Shown: positions 25,601 through 40,700, numbered from the stretch's first letter. The stretch: DNA of 64,000 nucleotides from Tubulanus polymorphus (GCF_964204645.1 NC_134029.1:2914001-2978000), one strand, 5' to 3'. Notes: generated by a model not told the origin, from the sequence alone. Program-made: numbers and translations.

Positions 25601-28600
25601 TGATAGATTTCCTGGATTGCGACGCATCTACCGAAGCTCCTGTGATCGTATTCGTATCTAAGATGGTCGCTGTAGAGCGTAAGATGTTACCGGATAAACG
25701 TCAAAGGCCGTTAACTCGTGAAGAGTTAGAACAGAGACGTGAGTTGGCGCGACAACGACATCACGACCGCGCGAATAAACATACAGCAGAGCAGCAGCAA
25801 CACAAAACAGGTAATGAATAGACAAACACCTAGAACTCTCTTACGAACAATCTCACTTGAGTTGAATCTACATTTTGACTGAAGGCCAATTAACAGGGCG
25901 CCTACGACTCCTTGATACCTTACAACTCCTTCTAAACAGAAATTGCTTTTTCGCTGGTATTCTGGTGTAATACATCACCTGGTACTCAAGAGGATGATAT
26001 TAAAGTTTTGATCGATTCTCTTTGTAAGGTATTGATAATCATGAGATCAGAGCTGTAGAGGAAAGCACAGATTTACCGGTGATGAATAAAGATTGCGAAG
26101 CTGAAGATGATCACGTATTTATTGCATTCGCGCGTGTTTTTAGTGGTACTATCAGAAAGGGTCAAACTTTATACGTTTTAGGCCCAAAACATGATCCAGC
26201 CACGGCGATTGAAGAGGTAATGATCAATCAATCATGGTTCAGTGTGACTGACTCACTATCGGTGAGTTTTATTTCGAATGTTTTTCTATAACAGATGCAG
26301 TTACGTGACGGTTGCCTTGAATCTAAACTCAGCCTTGATGATCTTAGCTCACATCGTCATATAACACAATTCACAGTTGATAATCTCTATCTGATGATGG
26401 GACGTGAACTTGAAGCTTTAGATTCAGTTCCTGCTGGTAATGTTTTAGGTAAGTCTGAGTCTTGCATTATGATATCTTGAACTTGTCATTTTGATAATAA
26501 TCCGATTGGTTTTGTTGCAGGTATATCTGGGTTAGAGAATCACGTATTAAAGTCAGCCACATTGTCGAGTACAGTCGCGTGTCCAGCCTTTACATCTATG
26601 TATTTCGAAGCCGAGCCTATTGTAAGAGTTGCAGTCGAACCGAAACAAGCAGGTGAGTTAAACTGATAATGAGAGTTTGAGATAATTCCGATGAGTCAAT
26701 GGACAAAAAAATGATACATATTTTAGGTGATCTGAATCAACTGATGTATGGAATGAAACTGTTAAATCAAGCCGATCCTTGCGTCGAAATCTTACACACA
26801 GAAACCGGAGAACACGTGATAATAGCAGCCGGAGAGGTGCATTTACAACGCTGTCTCGACGACCTACAACACAGGTTCGTTATAATGATGATAATTATAA
26901 TATTGAGCGTAATATAAGATTAATATAGCTCAATATTACCATACATATTTCACTACCTCTTATTCTCTAAAACCCTCAAAATTTTATGCCTCTCGGGCGC
27001 GTTGGAAGCAATTTTTGATTGCCGCGGCCAATTGCCGATTTTTCCATAGGTTCTAATATTGCAGCGGCGAATTTACTTCAATTTCATCAAAAATATAGTA
27101 TAGAAAGAAAAAAGTGTCATTGAGTAAATCATTGCCACGGCGTTCGCCGCTGCAGTTGCTACGGTTCCAACGCCACTGCCTCTTAGTTCTAAAATTTAGA
27201 AATCTTCAGGGAGAGATCGACCTAGACCCCCTGCATTGGTTTACAATTCTTAGATACGGGAAGTCCCTTTATTTCACAAAAGTTCTCTTTTCCAATACTA
27301 TCCAGATCCAACCCTGGATCCACACCCGAACATGAACTATGGAACTGGGTTAGATTTATATGAGAATTATATTCCTCTTATATTTAAGTCACGGTGAAAT
27401 ATATTCTATTCTGTCGATTTTCAGATATGCTCAGATAGAGATTAACGTATCACAGGCGATCGTGCCGTTCCGAGAAACAGTCGTCAAACCTCCGAAAGTC
27501 GATATGGTCAACGAGGAAATCGGAATCCAAGGTTCCGGGCACAACGATAAGAATTACGCGGACGATGAAGAAGTCATAGAACGAGGACTCGTCGAAATCA
27601 AAACGTCGAATAAATCGTGCGCATTTCGTATTCGTTGCTTAGCGTTACCACCGGGTGTCACCGCGCTCATCGACGCTCATGGCGATCTGATCAAAACCGT
27701 CGATCATTATATCCGCTTGAAAGAAAAAGGAAAACTGAAAAGTTCGTTTCGATTGAGCGAAGACATTTTGAAGAACGCGCGCGAACTCAGAGAGAAATTA
27801 GACGCCGAGTTTAAATCCTCCGGCTCGAAATGGAAGCACGCTTGCGATCAGATTTGGTCGTTCGGACCACGGCGATGCGGTCCGAATATTTTACTGAATC
27901 GGATCGCGGGATACGAACGCTTGTCGATTTGGTCGTGTTTAGAGACCGGTGGCGGTGATGATAGAAGCGATAAGAGGGAATTCGATGGGTGCGTTGTGGG
28001 TGGATTCCAGCTAGCATCACTGGCCGGACCGATGTGTGAGGAACCTATGATGGGTGTATGTTTTGTAGTAGAATGTTGGGATGTTAATGGAGACACTGAT
28101 ATAACTACGAGTACTTCTGCTGATGCAGCTGCTACCGATGCTCATGCTGTAGATTCTGAAAGTCACGATGGTGACCCGGATGAACTTGTATCGGATATCT
28201 CGTCCCTAAATCTTAAAGATGGCCTCCGTCGGCGTAGACGTAGTTCATCGAGACGTTTAGATTCTATCAGTTCGTTTAACGACGATTCGAGTTCAACGTC
28301 GAGCGATGACGACGAGGCAGGCGGTAGTAATAAAGATGGCGCCGATGGTGGTGTTCGACAGAATGTCTACGGTCCGCTCAGTGGACAGATTATGTCGTGT
28401 ATACGTTACGGATGCAGGAAGGCGTTTGAAACTCAACATCAGAGATTGATGGCTGCTATGTATAAATGTTCTATTCAAGCAACAGCAGACGTTTTAGGTA
28501 AAACTCAGACTGATTGATACATCAGATCAGTAAATGCGAAGACTGTTATTACTTTGTAGATGAACTCGATGTTATTGCGAGGTTTCGCTTTTAGTGCATA

Positions 28601-29416
28601 GTAGCTTCATCAGGAAAATTACTCATTCATTTGATGAAGCGATTTTGTTATTTCAAATAAAATCAGTTAACCTACGCAGTACTACCTGTTTTCACATTTT
28701 ATTTCATACTAAAACATGACGCACGACACACGACAACGATTTACTATCTTAGAGCAATTACTGAAATGATTGAATTTTCTTTTTTTATAGGGAAACTCTA
28801 CGCAGTATTAGGAAAACGAAATGGTAAAGTTTTACACGAAGACATGAAAGAAGGTTCTAATTTGTTTGAAATCGAAGCCATTTTGCCGGTTGTTGAAAGT
28901 TTTGGTTTTACGGAAGAGTTTCGCAAGAAAACTAGTGGATTAGCGAGTCCTCAACTGAAATTCAGTCACTGGGAGGTAACGTACCTAGAAAACCAGCTAT
29001 TGTGTATGTCCACTACGACTACAGTAGAACCCACTTAGAACCAATTCAGAACATTAAGAACCAATGAAATAAATGCAGTTGATGAGAAATCTGGATACAA
29101 CATCATATTTTTCGTTTATGTTTAGTTGGACTGTAAATATCTGGATTAGATGGAAATCCAAACTAAGTGGGTTTAACTGTTGTATCATAATCATAGTTAC
29201 TGAAGTAAGGAATTTTCGTTGATTTAGATGATAGATATCGACCCATACTGGGTGCCAACGACTGAGGAAGAGATAATGCTATACGGAGAGAAAGCCGACT
29301 ACGAGAATCACGGACGCAGATATATGAATAGTGTGCGTAAACGTAAAGGACTGAAAATAGATGAGCAAATTGTTGTACACGCCGAAAAACAGCGCACGTT
29401 AACTCGCAATAAATAA
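22694..29416 (+). CDS. EFL1: Elongation factor-like GTPase 1 (60S maturation factor, Ria1/EFTUD1), multi-exon
   Basis: [108 protein letters not shown]-terminus [14 protein letters not shown]. Confidence 0.96.
23170..23407. mobile_element. Two abutting Harbinger-like MITEs in an EFL1 intron (family A 23170-23277, family B 23280-23407)
   Basis: The family A copy resembles 13628-13756. Family B has TIR GGGGCCAGTTGCTC...GAGCAACTGGCCCC, with a diverged copy at about 36511-36617. Confidence 0.7.
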
Positions 29417-29979
29417 AATCAAAGATATCATCATCAAAGTCTATTCTTATTTCATTCTTTATGGAGAAACAACAAATCGTTGATACAGTAGATTTTGTTA
29501 ACCCTCGAGTCGATTGCCTAAGGTTATCACGAGCCCTCATGTACGACATTACAAGTTTTCGACGTGATGTTCCATCCCTGCTTCAACTGCGCTGGAATTC
29601 GTATATACCTCGGAGAGAATTTATCAGTCCCTTGGGATACCAGGAAAGTGGAGTCTACTGTTATGTAGACCCCACTACTTCCAAGCAACAGCTTGTCCTG
29701 TATTATAGAATGGCTGCTTCAGATGACTGCTTCCATAGAACTTCTTGTGTCTGGATATTTGTTCCAATTCGACAAACAAAATGGTAGTTCATTCATCGTT
29801 ATTAAATTGGATTCTGCAAAGGTGGCGTCAGTGTCCTGTTTCTATACTCAATTATGTAATTAGAAACTTCCAAAAAAAAGATTTAAGAGGAAAAATTAAC
29901 ATGAATTTATAACATATTTATTGTTACAACGATCACATGAAGCACATTAGAATATAATCAGACGAGCAGTTCCTGGTTG

Positions 29980-32900
29980 TTATAATCCGAAATAATATCT
30001 AACCGGAGGACCAGGTACATCTTCATGAGAGTCTGTCTCTAGGCTGACTATCAGATCCATATACTTCTTATCACGAGTCGGTTTTAACAGTTTTACCATT
30101 CTGAAAAATAGTAAGAAACCTTGGAATATGTCACAATTCATTTTTGTTGCGATCAGGCAGCTATATATTGCGCGCGATGAAACTTACGTCATGTTCAGAC
30201 GTTTTTTGTGTCCGGGCATAATAGGAACATAAACCATTCTAGCACCGTGGAGTACAGCAGACGCCTCAAAACCATATTTCTCCTGAAATGAACAAATCAT
30301 TGTTCCAAGGATCAGATTGATACCAGGGATGTATTTCTCACACATTTTTATGATTTTTCAGATTTTTTTCACTATTCCATAGGCAAACATCATCTTATTT
30401 CAGCATGTAATTCACATAAAAAAATATACAAATTACAAACCTTAAAATGGTTGATAAACTGTTGTAAAGTGAAATCTTTGTTTCCTGTCAGTTTCCAGAA
30501 ATCCCACAAAGTAAATGATAAACCATCCTTGATGATAGTTCTCTGTACGGGGCCCGGTTCTGATAGAACCACTATCGGAAGTGCAAGGTTCAAAAAGCAA
30601 TTCTTGTATTCTTCTAATGAGACTTGTTTCACTAATTTCAACAGTTCAATGCTCACCTGAAATAGCGCAGTAACTACCATCAATATATCACAGAAATTAT
30701 ATGGATTCGCACACTGAACATGAAAAGGAGTCTGAAATATTTCTCTGAGCGAGATGTCGACGTTTTGACTACATCATATTAGTTGTCTTCAGCAATACTA
30801 TTAGCATATAGTCAAAAAATTGAATTAGCTTGTAGCTCAAGAACCATTTCAGACCCTATTTTTCTTACTTTGTGAGGGATTTTATATTATCGTTATTGCA
30901 CGGACAGTGTTTCAATGAAAGGTCATCACAATATTACATGAAAAGGAAGGATGTAAGTTTGAAGAGAAGAATGTTATGAAACATACGAGCCCGGAGACGG
31001 CAGCAGTTGTTGTAGCGATGGCCGGAACAATTCGACCAGCAATTCGTTTCACGTGTAGCCGATCTTCTCGTTCAATGTTATACATCATAGCGCGTAAACT
31101 CTACACAGAAATCAAAAACTCAATAATCTGTCATCATAAACAGCAGAGCGGTATAAATACTGACTGGTACTCACTGCACAGCAATAAATAAAGTCAATAT
31201 GTCCGTTACTGTCGTCATCTTTCTCAAATGATACCGGAAACATTGAACTGAAACCTACAGAAATAATTCAATTTATCTATTTACTCTTGCGTTTGAAACG
31301 TAGTCGGACCTCGCGAGAGTTTCTGAACACTTACCCTTTTCATTATTTGATGATAAAACTTTCTGAAATCTTTCGACTACTTTTTGTTCGTCGTCCAGCG
31401 ACGATTCTTTGTTCGCCGGTTTCGGTGAATTTTCATCAGTTTCTATTCGCTGAAATGAATTTCAACAAGCGATTTCTGTAACAAAAATCAGCTCCTCGAT
31501 GCAGACTAGAATTACGGACGGGTATCCGTACCTTATTCGAGGGGACAAATTCAGGAACAAGATGTTCATTTCGCTGTAATATACGTAAAATATTTTCCCT
31601 CGCCATGTCCTATAACAAAATTTGATTAAAATTAGAAGAATTGATGACATCATAATCTCAATCCGAGGACAGCAAAGATTGTATTCTTACTTACTTCTTC
31701 AGTCCATTTGATTCCCCAAACATCAGCAAACAATCGAGCAGTAGACACTATATACAGCAAACATCTACAGCATCACAATCAACTCATTTAGATATGATAC
31801 TTCACATGAAATTTTAAACGTTTCAGAACCGTATTCATTTTCTACTCACAATTCGTCACTCATTGTAAATTCTAATGGAGTCGGAGGTCTCTTCGGTGAT
31901 TGCCAAAATAATGCTAAAATATGAAATAAAAATCTTCGAAGAGTTTCGTATAGTGAACATATAGCCATATTGGCTTTAAGTAGGTAACTAAGAAGCCAAT
32001 AGATGTCAGTTATCCACTGGTTAGTATTAAGTAACTGGATCCAGTTTCATGAAAAAGTGTAAGCCAAAAAAAATTAAGTTTTAATTGTTGTCCTCATTGA
32101 AAACATGAAGTAACCAATAGCAATTACACCAAAAATTTTGGTTAAACTTTTGTGCGAGACTGGGCCCAGTAGTCAGCGGTTTACTTACAGCCGTCAGGTA
32201 GTTTTGTGTCCAGTGGAAATGCATGTAGTAAATTTTTCGCTTTGTGATCGAAGTCTTTAGTGAATTTCAGTCGAGCCAGCGAGACACACTGTTCAAATGT
32301 GTAAACTCGTCGGGACGATGTTTTACTCACTTGTATCGCTCCATCTAAACTACAACCATCGGTCAGTTTCTACAAATGTGAGCGTATTAGCTTCAAGATT
32401 GTTCCTAGTTCCCTATAAATACTTGAGACAGTGTACTACGGATGAATTTTACCTGTATAACGTCTTTGGGGGTGTGTTCAGACCAGAATTTATTAAATAG
32501 AGCCGGTTTTTGACTAAATGCACTTTCAAACTGAAACAAAACACATTTTTACTTGTATGAATGAATATGAATGAATATATTTTTCTCAAATGTATAATAC
32601 ATAATAACATAAATAACTAGTGTACATGGTTACTGAATCTATACATTCAAGCAGGACATCCCCAAGCCCTAAGGGCTGTACCTATTTGGGGGGATACCCT
32701 GGTAAAGTGATAAGTAGCGGCATTTTACTGATCCAAAACAGAATCATGACACCTGAACTGACCTTATCTCTAGCCCATTGAATACAGTGTTCTAGCGAAG
32801 ATGGAAATGATTTGATTGTGCAGAAAGGCGCATCTAGATCTGGTGGATCAACCTTGAATAAAATACCGGTAGTAAAATACCTGACTGAACCATAATCTAA

Positions 32901-35900
32901 CAATAATTCAATACAGTGAATAATCATCTACCTGACTTGTGTATGATTCTGTTAAGTGCGGAACAATCGCTTGAACGTGGCCCTTCGTGCCCATAGTACC
33001 CGATTCTAATAAAGCCGTCTGATTGGTGATACATCGAGCGTCCATATATCGCCGGGCTTCAACGTTGTCCAATGCGTTCACGCATAAATCTTTATCGCAG
33101 AAAAACTCATCGGTGTAAACACTGTTCTCAGTTTGTGGACAAACTGAAATCAAATCGAATATACATTGAAAACCATAAATATACTGAAGACAACGTTTGC
33201 CTTGGATCTGGCAGGAGTAATCAATTCTCTACGATGTATGCAAATTCCGGGGCAGTCGAAATAGGGATTGGTCGATGATGAAGGGGAGAACAGAGTCTTC
33301 TGTGTTTCATTACATCATAAATCAGAATTGTGGTGTATTTTTACCTTTATGTTGTTGAGCTTCAATGTTCAATTGTGGGTTGATATCTAATGTTGATTGT
33401 GCAGCAGTTACACTTTTCGGTTTCTAAATGAAAGACGCATTTTCTGAATCTGAGCGGAAATATGATGATCGTACATTCTTGAACTACGTATAAATACCAG
33501 GTACCTGTATGTGATGAGGTCTGAACAGAAACTGTCTGTTTAAATTTGATTTTTCTATGAGATCATTATCTGTAATCGTTATCTGAGAAAAAGAAGGCGC
33601 AAAGAATTCTTTAGCCAAATGAAGGTGGATTTTTGAAAAAAGTCTGAGACCATCAAGAGAAGCAGACATTGACTGACCTTGCCATTTCCAGCAGAACCGA
33701 CTCCTAGCAAAGCATAATTTTTCATCATTTCACAGCCAATTGCTCCACAACCAACCTTAAACAAAATACAAACATATCATTAGCAGGGAATTACGGTATT
33801 TTCCTGATAGAACTTGCCAAGCGCACATTCACTGATTTACCATGAATACTTTGAGATTAGCAACTTTTTCACACAATTCTTCACCGATACAAATCCGTAG
33901 CCCATCATACCTATCATTCCTACAAATACCCGGTATCTAAACATCAATACAGCAATACAGTAGACTCCACCAGCCTCCGACAGTCTACTCAATACAGCAA
34001 TATTCACAAGAAGTGAAATACAAAATTTGTACAAACCTGGCTTTGATAACATCATTAGTTTCTGGTTTTGCGGGCAAAACTTCACAAACATCTAAGTAAA
34101 GCTGTAAAGAAATCATATTTGATATCATTACTCAATTGTAAATGATTTTTAAACAAGATTGATCTGATTATATAGATTTTTACCCATTGCGATAAAGGAG
34201 TGAATTTTCCGGTTAAAGCTTTCAACGCTTCCTGAGCAATGATTCCGCCGAGAGTAGCACACAGCGGGGCAAATACACCTCGACTTGTATACGACAGATT
34301 CTTAATCAACGTTTCATCAATTGATTCGATCTGAAAATATATTCACAACGAAGTAATGAATTCTTTGAGGATGGTTAAATATATGCAGTCAAACTAACCA
34401 CCACCATCATCTGATAAGTCATCATCTTTATTGCTTTAGGTCCAATTCGTATTTCCAATCCAATTTACTGAGCCTTATGTTCCAGCTATTAGTTCCAGCT
34501 ACGACTGACTGTAAGTACAAACTTACTTTATTTTTTAGTTGATTGCTCAGCTCACGGACAATTTTCAGCAATTCGTTTGCATCTTGGTCGCACCTGAGAA
34601 GACAACATTGTTTTAAAGATTTACAGCCAAAACAATGAATAAACAGGTGTGTTTCGAGTATGGCGCAGTCAATCGCTTACCAAACATCAGGAAGGCGATT
34701 ATATTTTTCTCGAAATGAATGAAGTCCATACATTCCTAAATGTATATTATTCGGAGCCTAAAATATAAATGATTTCAGATCAATTCTAAGGATATCAACT
34801 GAATCAATATGAACTGTTACCACAATCAACTCAAAACTCACCTCAAATTTGCTAAGATCCGGTAAAATGCAAGTTGGTTCACACAATTCATTTGATAATG
34901 AACTCTATGAAATAAACAAAAAAGATATATACCTACAGTATACATATAAATCTTACAGCAGATATCAGCGGCATTTTACTTACGAATTGCATGATTTTAG
35001 GGAGTTTGATTTGTTTAAATATTCCATCTCGTTGATAAACACCGAATTCATCAGATGTTGTATCACAGATTGTAAAACTAAATGGTGACATCACTAAAAA
35101 AAAACATCAACACATAATTCAATGATGACTCCGTGACAATTAAGGATTTGGCATGTGACAAGTGAGGATCCATTACGACAATAATGCTGGATTTGTTTTC
35201 TCGAATTCTACGAATGTTGAATTAACCTATGAACCTTAAAGATCACTTCTAGAGATCAAAGGACACCAATTGCCTAATTCTTTAAGTTGAAGGCTTAAAA
35301 GTTAAATGAAAATGAACTTGATTTTGAAACAGGTGTCCTATTGATATGCATACCAGCTAGTGGCACAACAGGGTGCTCATTTATCAATGATGAATCTTAG
35401 TAACAGAATACAATCAGAATTCAACTGTTCCTACCTTTTACCGGGAACATCCTTCCATTCAAAGCTTCCATTCCTCTCACTTCTTTAAACGTAACAACAT
35501 CACCAGTTTCTAGACCATGACGTATATCATCTAAGCAAGTCACAACGCCTGGATTTGCCTAGAAAAATCAGATTTAAATGAAGCCACAGTCTAGAATGTT
35601 AAAAATGTTCGAGATCATAAGATGTTTATTGAACCTTAGTGATTGTAGAGATAAAGTTCTCCCTGGATTCTTCACCGTCTGTATCCATCACTTCGAATTC
35701 AGCTCCGAAATCACAGAAAACACTTCCGAATACGCCGTATACTTGACCGAGTATGAACTACAGATTAAAGACAGAAGTATCGCAACACTCAAACAAAAAA
35801 TATTCAAATCTTCTTTTATATGATAATAGAAAACTTTAGTGAGTAAACCAAGTCTAGTTAAAAAGTGTATGGATAAATCAAGAAAAAGTATTTGTTACTA

Positions 35901-36868
35901 ACTTTTATTGGTGGCTGTTGAGTTCTACAATAATCATTGACTTTGATGGCCACTTTCAGGCTAACTTCAGTTAACACGACGCACTAGTAAATGAAAAAAA
36001 CGTAATTGTGAAACAAATTCAATCTTATTCTAGAAATATCATTGACTCCTAAAAATTTGAGGAATAAGTATAAATATTAATACAGTCCAGCTTATAGCAC
36101 TTGACTCTGTAAAGCGATGATTATTTCAGGGTTAAGACGAACCTGATATTTTTTCAGGTAAGAAAGATCAGTATTTTCATCGATCGAAGTTGTTAACGAA
36201 TCAACCGACACGTAGGGATTCAACTCGGCAACACGAGGACAACTCGATTCAGCTCGATTCCTCCGATTCAGCACGTCAACTTCACGCAGGAAAAACTGAA
36301 CTCCGAGATCAGATGCTGTTGCTGCTTCAGCATCCTGTATCGTCAATGACTGTAACATAAATAAAACTAATTTACTTACAGAAATTGATTCAATCTACAA
36401 ATTTTCAAGATTTTTAGACTCACCTTCACCCCAGCAAGAACAATATTTTTAGCTGAAATATAAGAAATTACAACTGCATTATTGAAAGAAGCCCATTTCA
36501 AACTATACAAGGGTCAGTTGCTCATTAATTGGTGGATAGAATGCTGACACTTTCTGCATTGTAACCATGGCATTCGTCCACCAGTAAAAGTATAACAAAC
36601 TTTTGAGCTACTGGCTTCAGATTGATATCTTAAGACTTAATTACCGATTTCAATTCCTAGACCACCGAGACCATAAACTAATACAGTCGATTTAGCCATT
36701 TTATGCATGGCAGAATCTCCCAATACATAACGCTGCCGACTGAAAAACAGAACGAACAATTCATTTGAAGAATGAATCACTATTAGAGCTGTAGCTTTTA
36801 CTGAAGTTTCATTAGGCATTCTACCTATACAGAGTGTCATCAATCTCACAGCCTGAATCCATCATCAT
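29980..36868 (-). CDS. UBA6: Ubiquitin-like modifier-activating enzyme 6 (E1), multi-exon
   Basis: [59 protein letters not shown], catalytic region [16 protein letters not shown] (UBA6-type, not UBA1 ICTLKNFP), [16 protein letters not shown]-terminus [14 protein letters not shown]. Confidence 0.95.
32038..32166. mobile_element. Harbinger-like MITE family A copy in a UBA6 intron
   Basis: Shares TCCTCATTGAAAACATGAAG.AACCAAT.GCAATTACACCAAAAATTT with 13628-13756 and ends in ACTGGGCC. Confidence 0.7.
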
Positions 36869-37749
36869 ACTTTCACAAATACGAGTTCTTTTGGCGGGAT
36901 ACGTTTTATATAAGTGATTGATCAGTGATTGTGATCACTGATTGTGGTCACTGATTGAGGTCAACCTGCAATTATCATAGCAAAAAAATTAGTCCATAAG
37001 TCTGGTTACATTTCTCCAGGTGATGTGTTTTACCGACCAAGACTGAATTTTTGAGGCCCAATTTGACCGGACGGTGGAGGAAAGCTAAAAGCACCTGTGG
37101 TGTTCAAACAACAAATGAATCCACTGTAGGCCTAACTCAAGATTATGAAGACTGAAGTCTTTTTCAACACTCACAGACTGTAAAGAGTTAGAGGAATTTA
37201 GAATTTAATGGTACATTAGAATTATATTGAATTGATGCCTGATATATCATTTGGGATTTCATAAATGAAGATGAACTGGGTTTTAATTTAGTGTTACTTG
37301 TGGTTGCAACAAAGCGATATATGTTTTTAGCATTTCTTTCTTCGTTCGTCTTTCGCCCCATACATAGCATTTGATTTAAAATCAAGCCTATTTCTTAAGA
37401 AAGCAATTCAACTAAAGCTTAAAGGGGAGGGACATCATCACACTCAACCTTGGAATTGAGACACTAAACGAATCGCTTTAAATATAGACTTTCAGCTGTA
37501 AAACCCAAGAAAAATTTACGAAAAATTTTTGACAGAAACCGGCAACCCGGAAATAAATGTCTCCACAGGAGCAATGGAATATGACTCGGACTACGAGACC
37601 TAACCCTAGCCCGAACAGATCCTATTGCCGCCAACCAGTCTATTCACGGAACACAACCCGGACTGTTTGCTGTGGCAAGCGAGCATTCTTCGGTAACCAG
37701 TCTAACCCGGGTAGCTCCACACACTGTGGTGAGGTAGTGTTTTGACACA

Positions 37750-40700
37750 ATGGCTGCTGAAGTGTCATCTACTGCTGCAACTAACGGATTAGAAAATAGC
37801 GGTGGCGGCGGCGACATGCAACATTCAGGAGCTGGATTATTGGTGATCATAGGAGAACCATTCTCTGATGATCATAATGAATTAATAGTAGCTGAAATTA
37901 CTAAGGGTAAGTTGTACTGCATCTTCTCGATCCACCCTGCCAGACAGAAACAGCAGTCAGCAGCGACAATCCTGATTCCTTCTTCCCTATGGCTGCTGAT
38001 GATGTGATCAGGTTGCTGAATGAAGAGACATATATAGATACAGCATCGAACTAGGGATGGGCTGCATGTGTCATGTACATTTTTGAATAGAGAAAAGAAT
38101 AGAAACACTATTAATTGAAAGCACTTTTAAAATCCAATAAATAGTTCATTTGACATATTTTGTGTGTGTCAATAATCAATGTTTGTCGACTTCCCGGCCC
38201 TTGTAACTGCTGCTGCTATGACAGTCACTGGCTGCAACTGCTGTTTGTAAAATACATTAAATACCTCTTAAGGCTAACCTAGTATTAGCAAAGTTGTATC
38301 TATTTTCAAAAATGTTTTACCATCATTGTCTTAAAGCCAGAGCTAGCAAATTTTTTGATATAGCCCTAAATGTTGTTTTTCTAGTCAGTTTCTTGTTTAA
38401 AGCGAATCAGTGAAAGTCGTCTACAAACAGGCTTACATAGGTCAGTGGTTTAAGAATAGCATTTCAAGATCCTGGTTTATTGTTATTTTCAAAATCCTGT
38501 TCTAGATTGATATGAATTAAACTTGAGTCATCGCTGAATTCATGATAATTGCACAATGGGCCGAATCCTTAAAAATGATTAAAAGGAATTTTCCATATTA
38601 GGTTCTGTGGTTTTGAAATATTGCGGTGGTGATATCGGTCTTTGATCGCAATCGTATGAGAATTAAGCTCAGTTATTTGATGTCTGTATTGACAGGCTTT
38701 TAATTCAGTTTACAGATATCGTTGGTAGTAAATTTGACAGATTTTAGCCCTATCAAATTTATTCAACATGTTCCCTGTTTATTCGGTTATCTATAATGGC
38801 TTTTATGAGGTACGAAAGTCAACAAGATTTCCCGCTTGGCGAGCTACGGCGTTATGAGCTATGATGCGTTATTTCCTGCTAATGGTCATTTCCATTTATT
38901 TGACAACCGGGTTTAGCGTTACACGTCCTCCTGTCATCCTGCCAGGGATAGGTGATGTCATTCCCTGATCTGGACTCTTGACATAATAGACTAGGAGCCT
39001 TAAGTCATACTAGATAGGCCTATGTCTGTGTAGGTGTCCGGTATTCTTATGTCCTTAAGCGATCTTCAGGTCAGATAACCCCCATTGTGAAACTCAGAGG
39101 AAACAATGAAAACTTGTTCTTTTTTTTCACTATTCAGCCGATTCCCGACAAAGCGTCCCTTTTTCTATATTGTGCACTCAGAAGATATGTAGGCAATTAG
39201 TTCCTATTCATTTCTGCGCTGTTGGAATTTGACGAACTTCTTTCAGGAAAAATACTGTTCTTTTTTTCTGTAGATGAATGATATTTCAGCTGAATGTCGG
39301 CTATTTTTACAAATATTTGTTTTAATACAGGAAGAAGGATTGTTGGTATTTTGAGACTCCTCCTAATTCAATACAGCGCGCATGAAAATTCGTAGCTATT
39401 TTCTTTTTCGAGTTGCTTTCTACGCAGCAGTGTATGGTAGGGTTAGGCTACCCGGCTAAATGCTACTGACATTTTCGTAGATGATTCTTCGCAGACCATC
39501 CCGCATCCCGCAGCCCTGTAAGATCAGAAAAATCTATTTGTTTAACTGCTAGCTGGTAATATGGTTTTTTGTGAAATACGCAGGTACATCAGTTGTGAAC
39601 CTTGCTCGTTGGTAATTTAGAAGATTCTTGATTCAAACAACATGCCCTCCTCGTAAAACTGCTTGTTGGTTGCCAGTCGGTTGTATGTCTATACTTTCAA
39701 AACGTCTGCATACTTGGTATAAAAAAACTCATGTACTTCATGGTATGAAAATTGAAATTTGCGATAAAGGTTTTCGATCAATAAAACAGGCTTTTGGATA
39801 CCTGTGTTATTCATTATGAAGTCATTAGACGGCTAGTGAATTTTAATTATAATTTCAATGGCCTCTTCTCGTCAATTGCTACGCATAGTATTTCACTGAA
39901 CGCCTAAATGAACGGATTTCATTCACATTTATCTTCTGTCACTTGGCGTCATTTGTTGTTATTAAGTTGTATGATTCAATGTAAAACCGGTGATTTCTAA
40001 AGACGAAATTACAACCATTTTTTAAAACCTCCTTATTACATAATATATGAACGTAGTGTAGTTGTTAATGTTGAATATTGGAATTTTCGAGTATGTCTCA
40101 AGTGTTCGCTCGCTGTTAATACCGACAAATATCGGCAATAATGACAGCCAGAACTGTATCCAAATTTATCGGTTTAAAAACGCGCTTTCCTTCAAATAGC
40201 TTGAAACTGTATCACCACTTCATACTTATGTTACATATGAAGCGATCGTTTTGAAACAAAAAGCTGAATATCAATTCAAGAATCTCTATACGCAGTATAG
40301 GCCTATATTTGCTGCAATTTTTCGTTGCAACTTTTTTTAAACCTGCAAAGAGCTTCTTATTCCATGTAAGCCAATATAGAAGGTAAATGCATCGTTTCGA
40401 CTGCAGTCTTTACTTCGTTACTTTCTGTTTATGGTTTTAGCCTTTTCTTAGAGAAATGATCGATTTATCAATGTAAATGCGATGACTCTTCGTATCTAGC
40501 CCTAACTCTATATTTCTGTTCCGGCTTTCATTCCGTGCTTAGAAAACCGAGCCATTTAGTTGTTGTGGGAGAATGACTCATTCTCGATGTTTCGTAAAGT
40601 CTGAGTCAGTCAGTTGTGGGTTTGCGTCTGTCTGACCCGTTCGTGTTTTCACCACCCCTACGAAGTTCTCGAAACGTTCAGCCATTAGTCGCAGTTTTCT

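Noticed and set aside
29461-29787. 108-aa ORF immediately after EFL1
   Set aside because: It lies between convergent 3' ends and has no recognisable domain; probably a chance ORF.
34788-34796. ATATCCTT on the minus strand suggesting a U12 AT-AC donor in UBA6
   Set aside because: It lies mid-intron; the surrounding exons join correctly with a GT-AG intron.
36915-36963. 12-bp TGATTG..GTCAC tandem units in the UBA6 5'UTR
   Set aside because: A short degenerate minisatellite with no evidence of function; it contains an in-frame stop upstream of the ATG.
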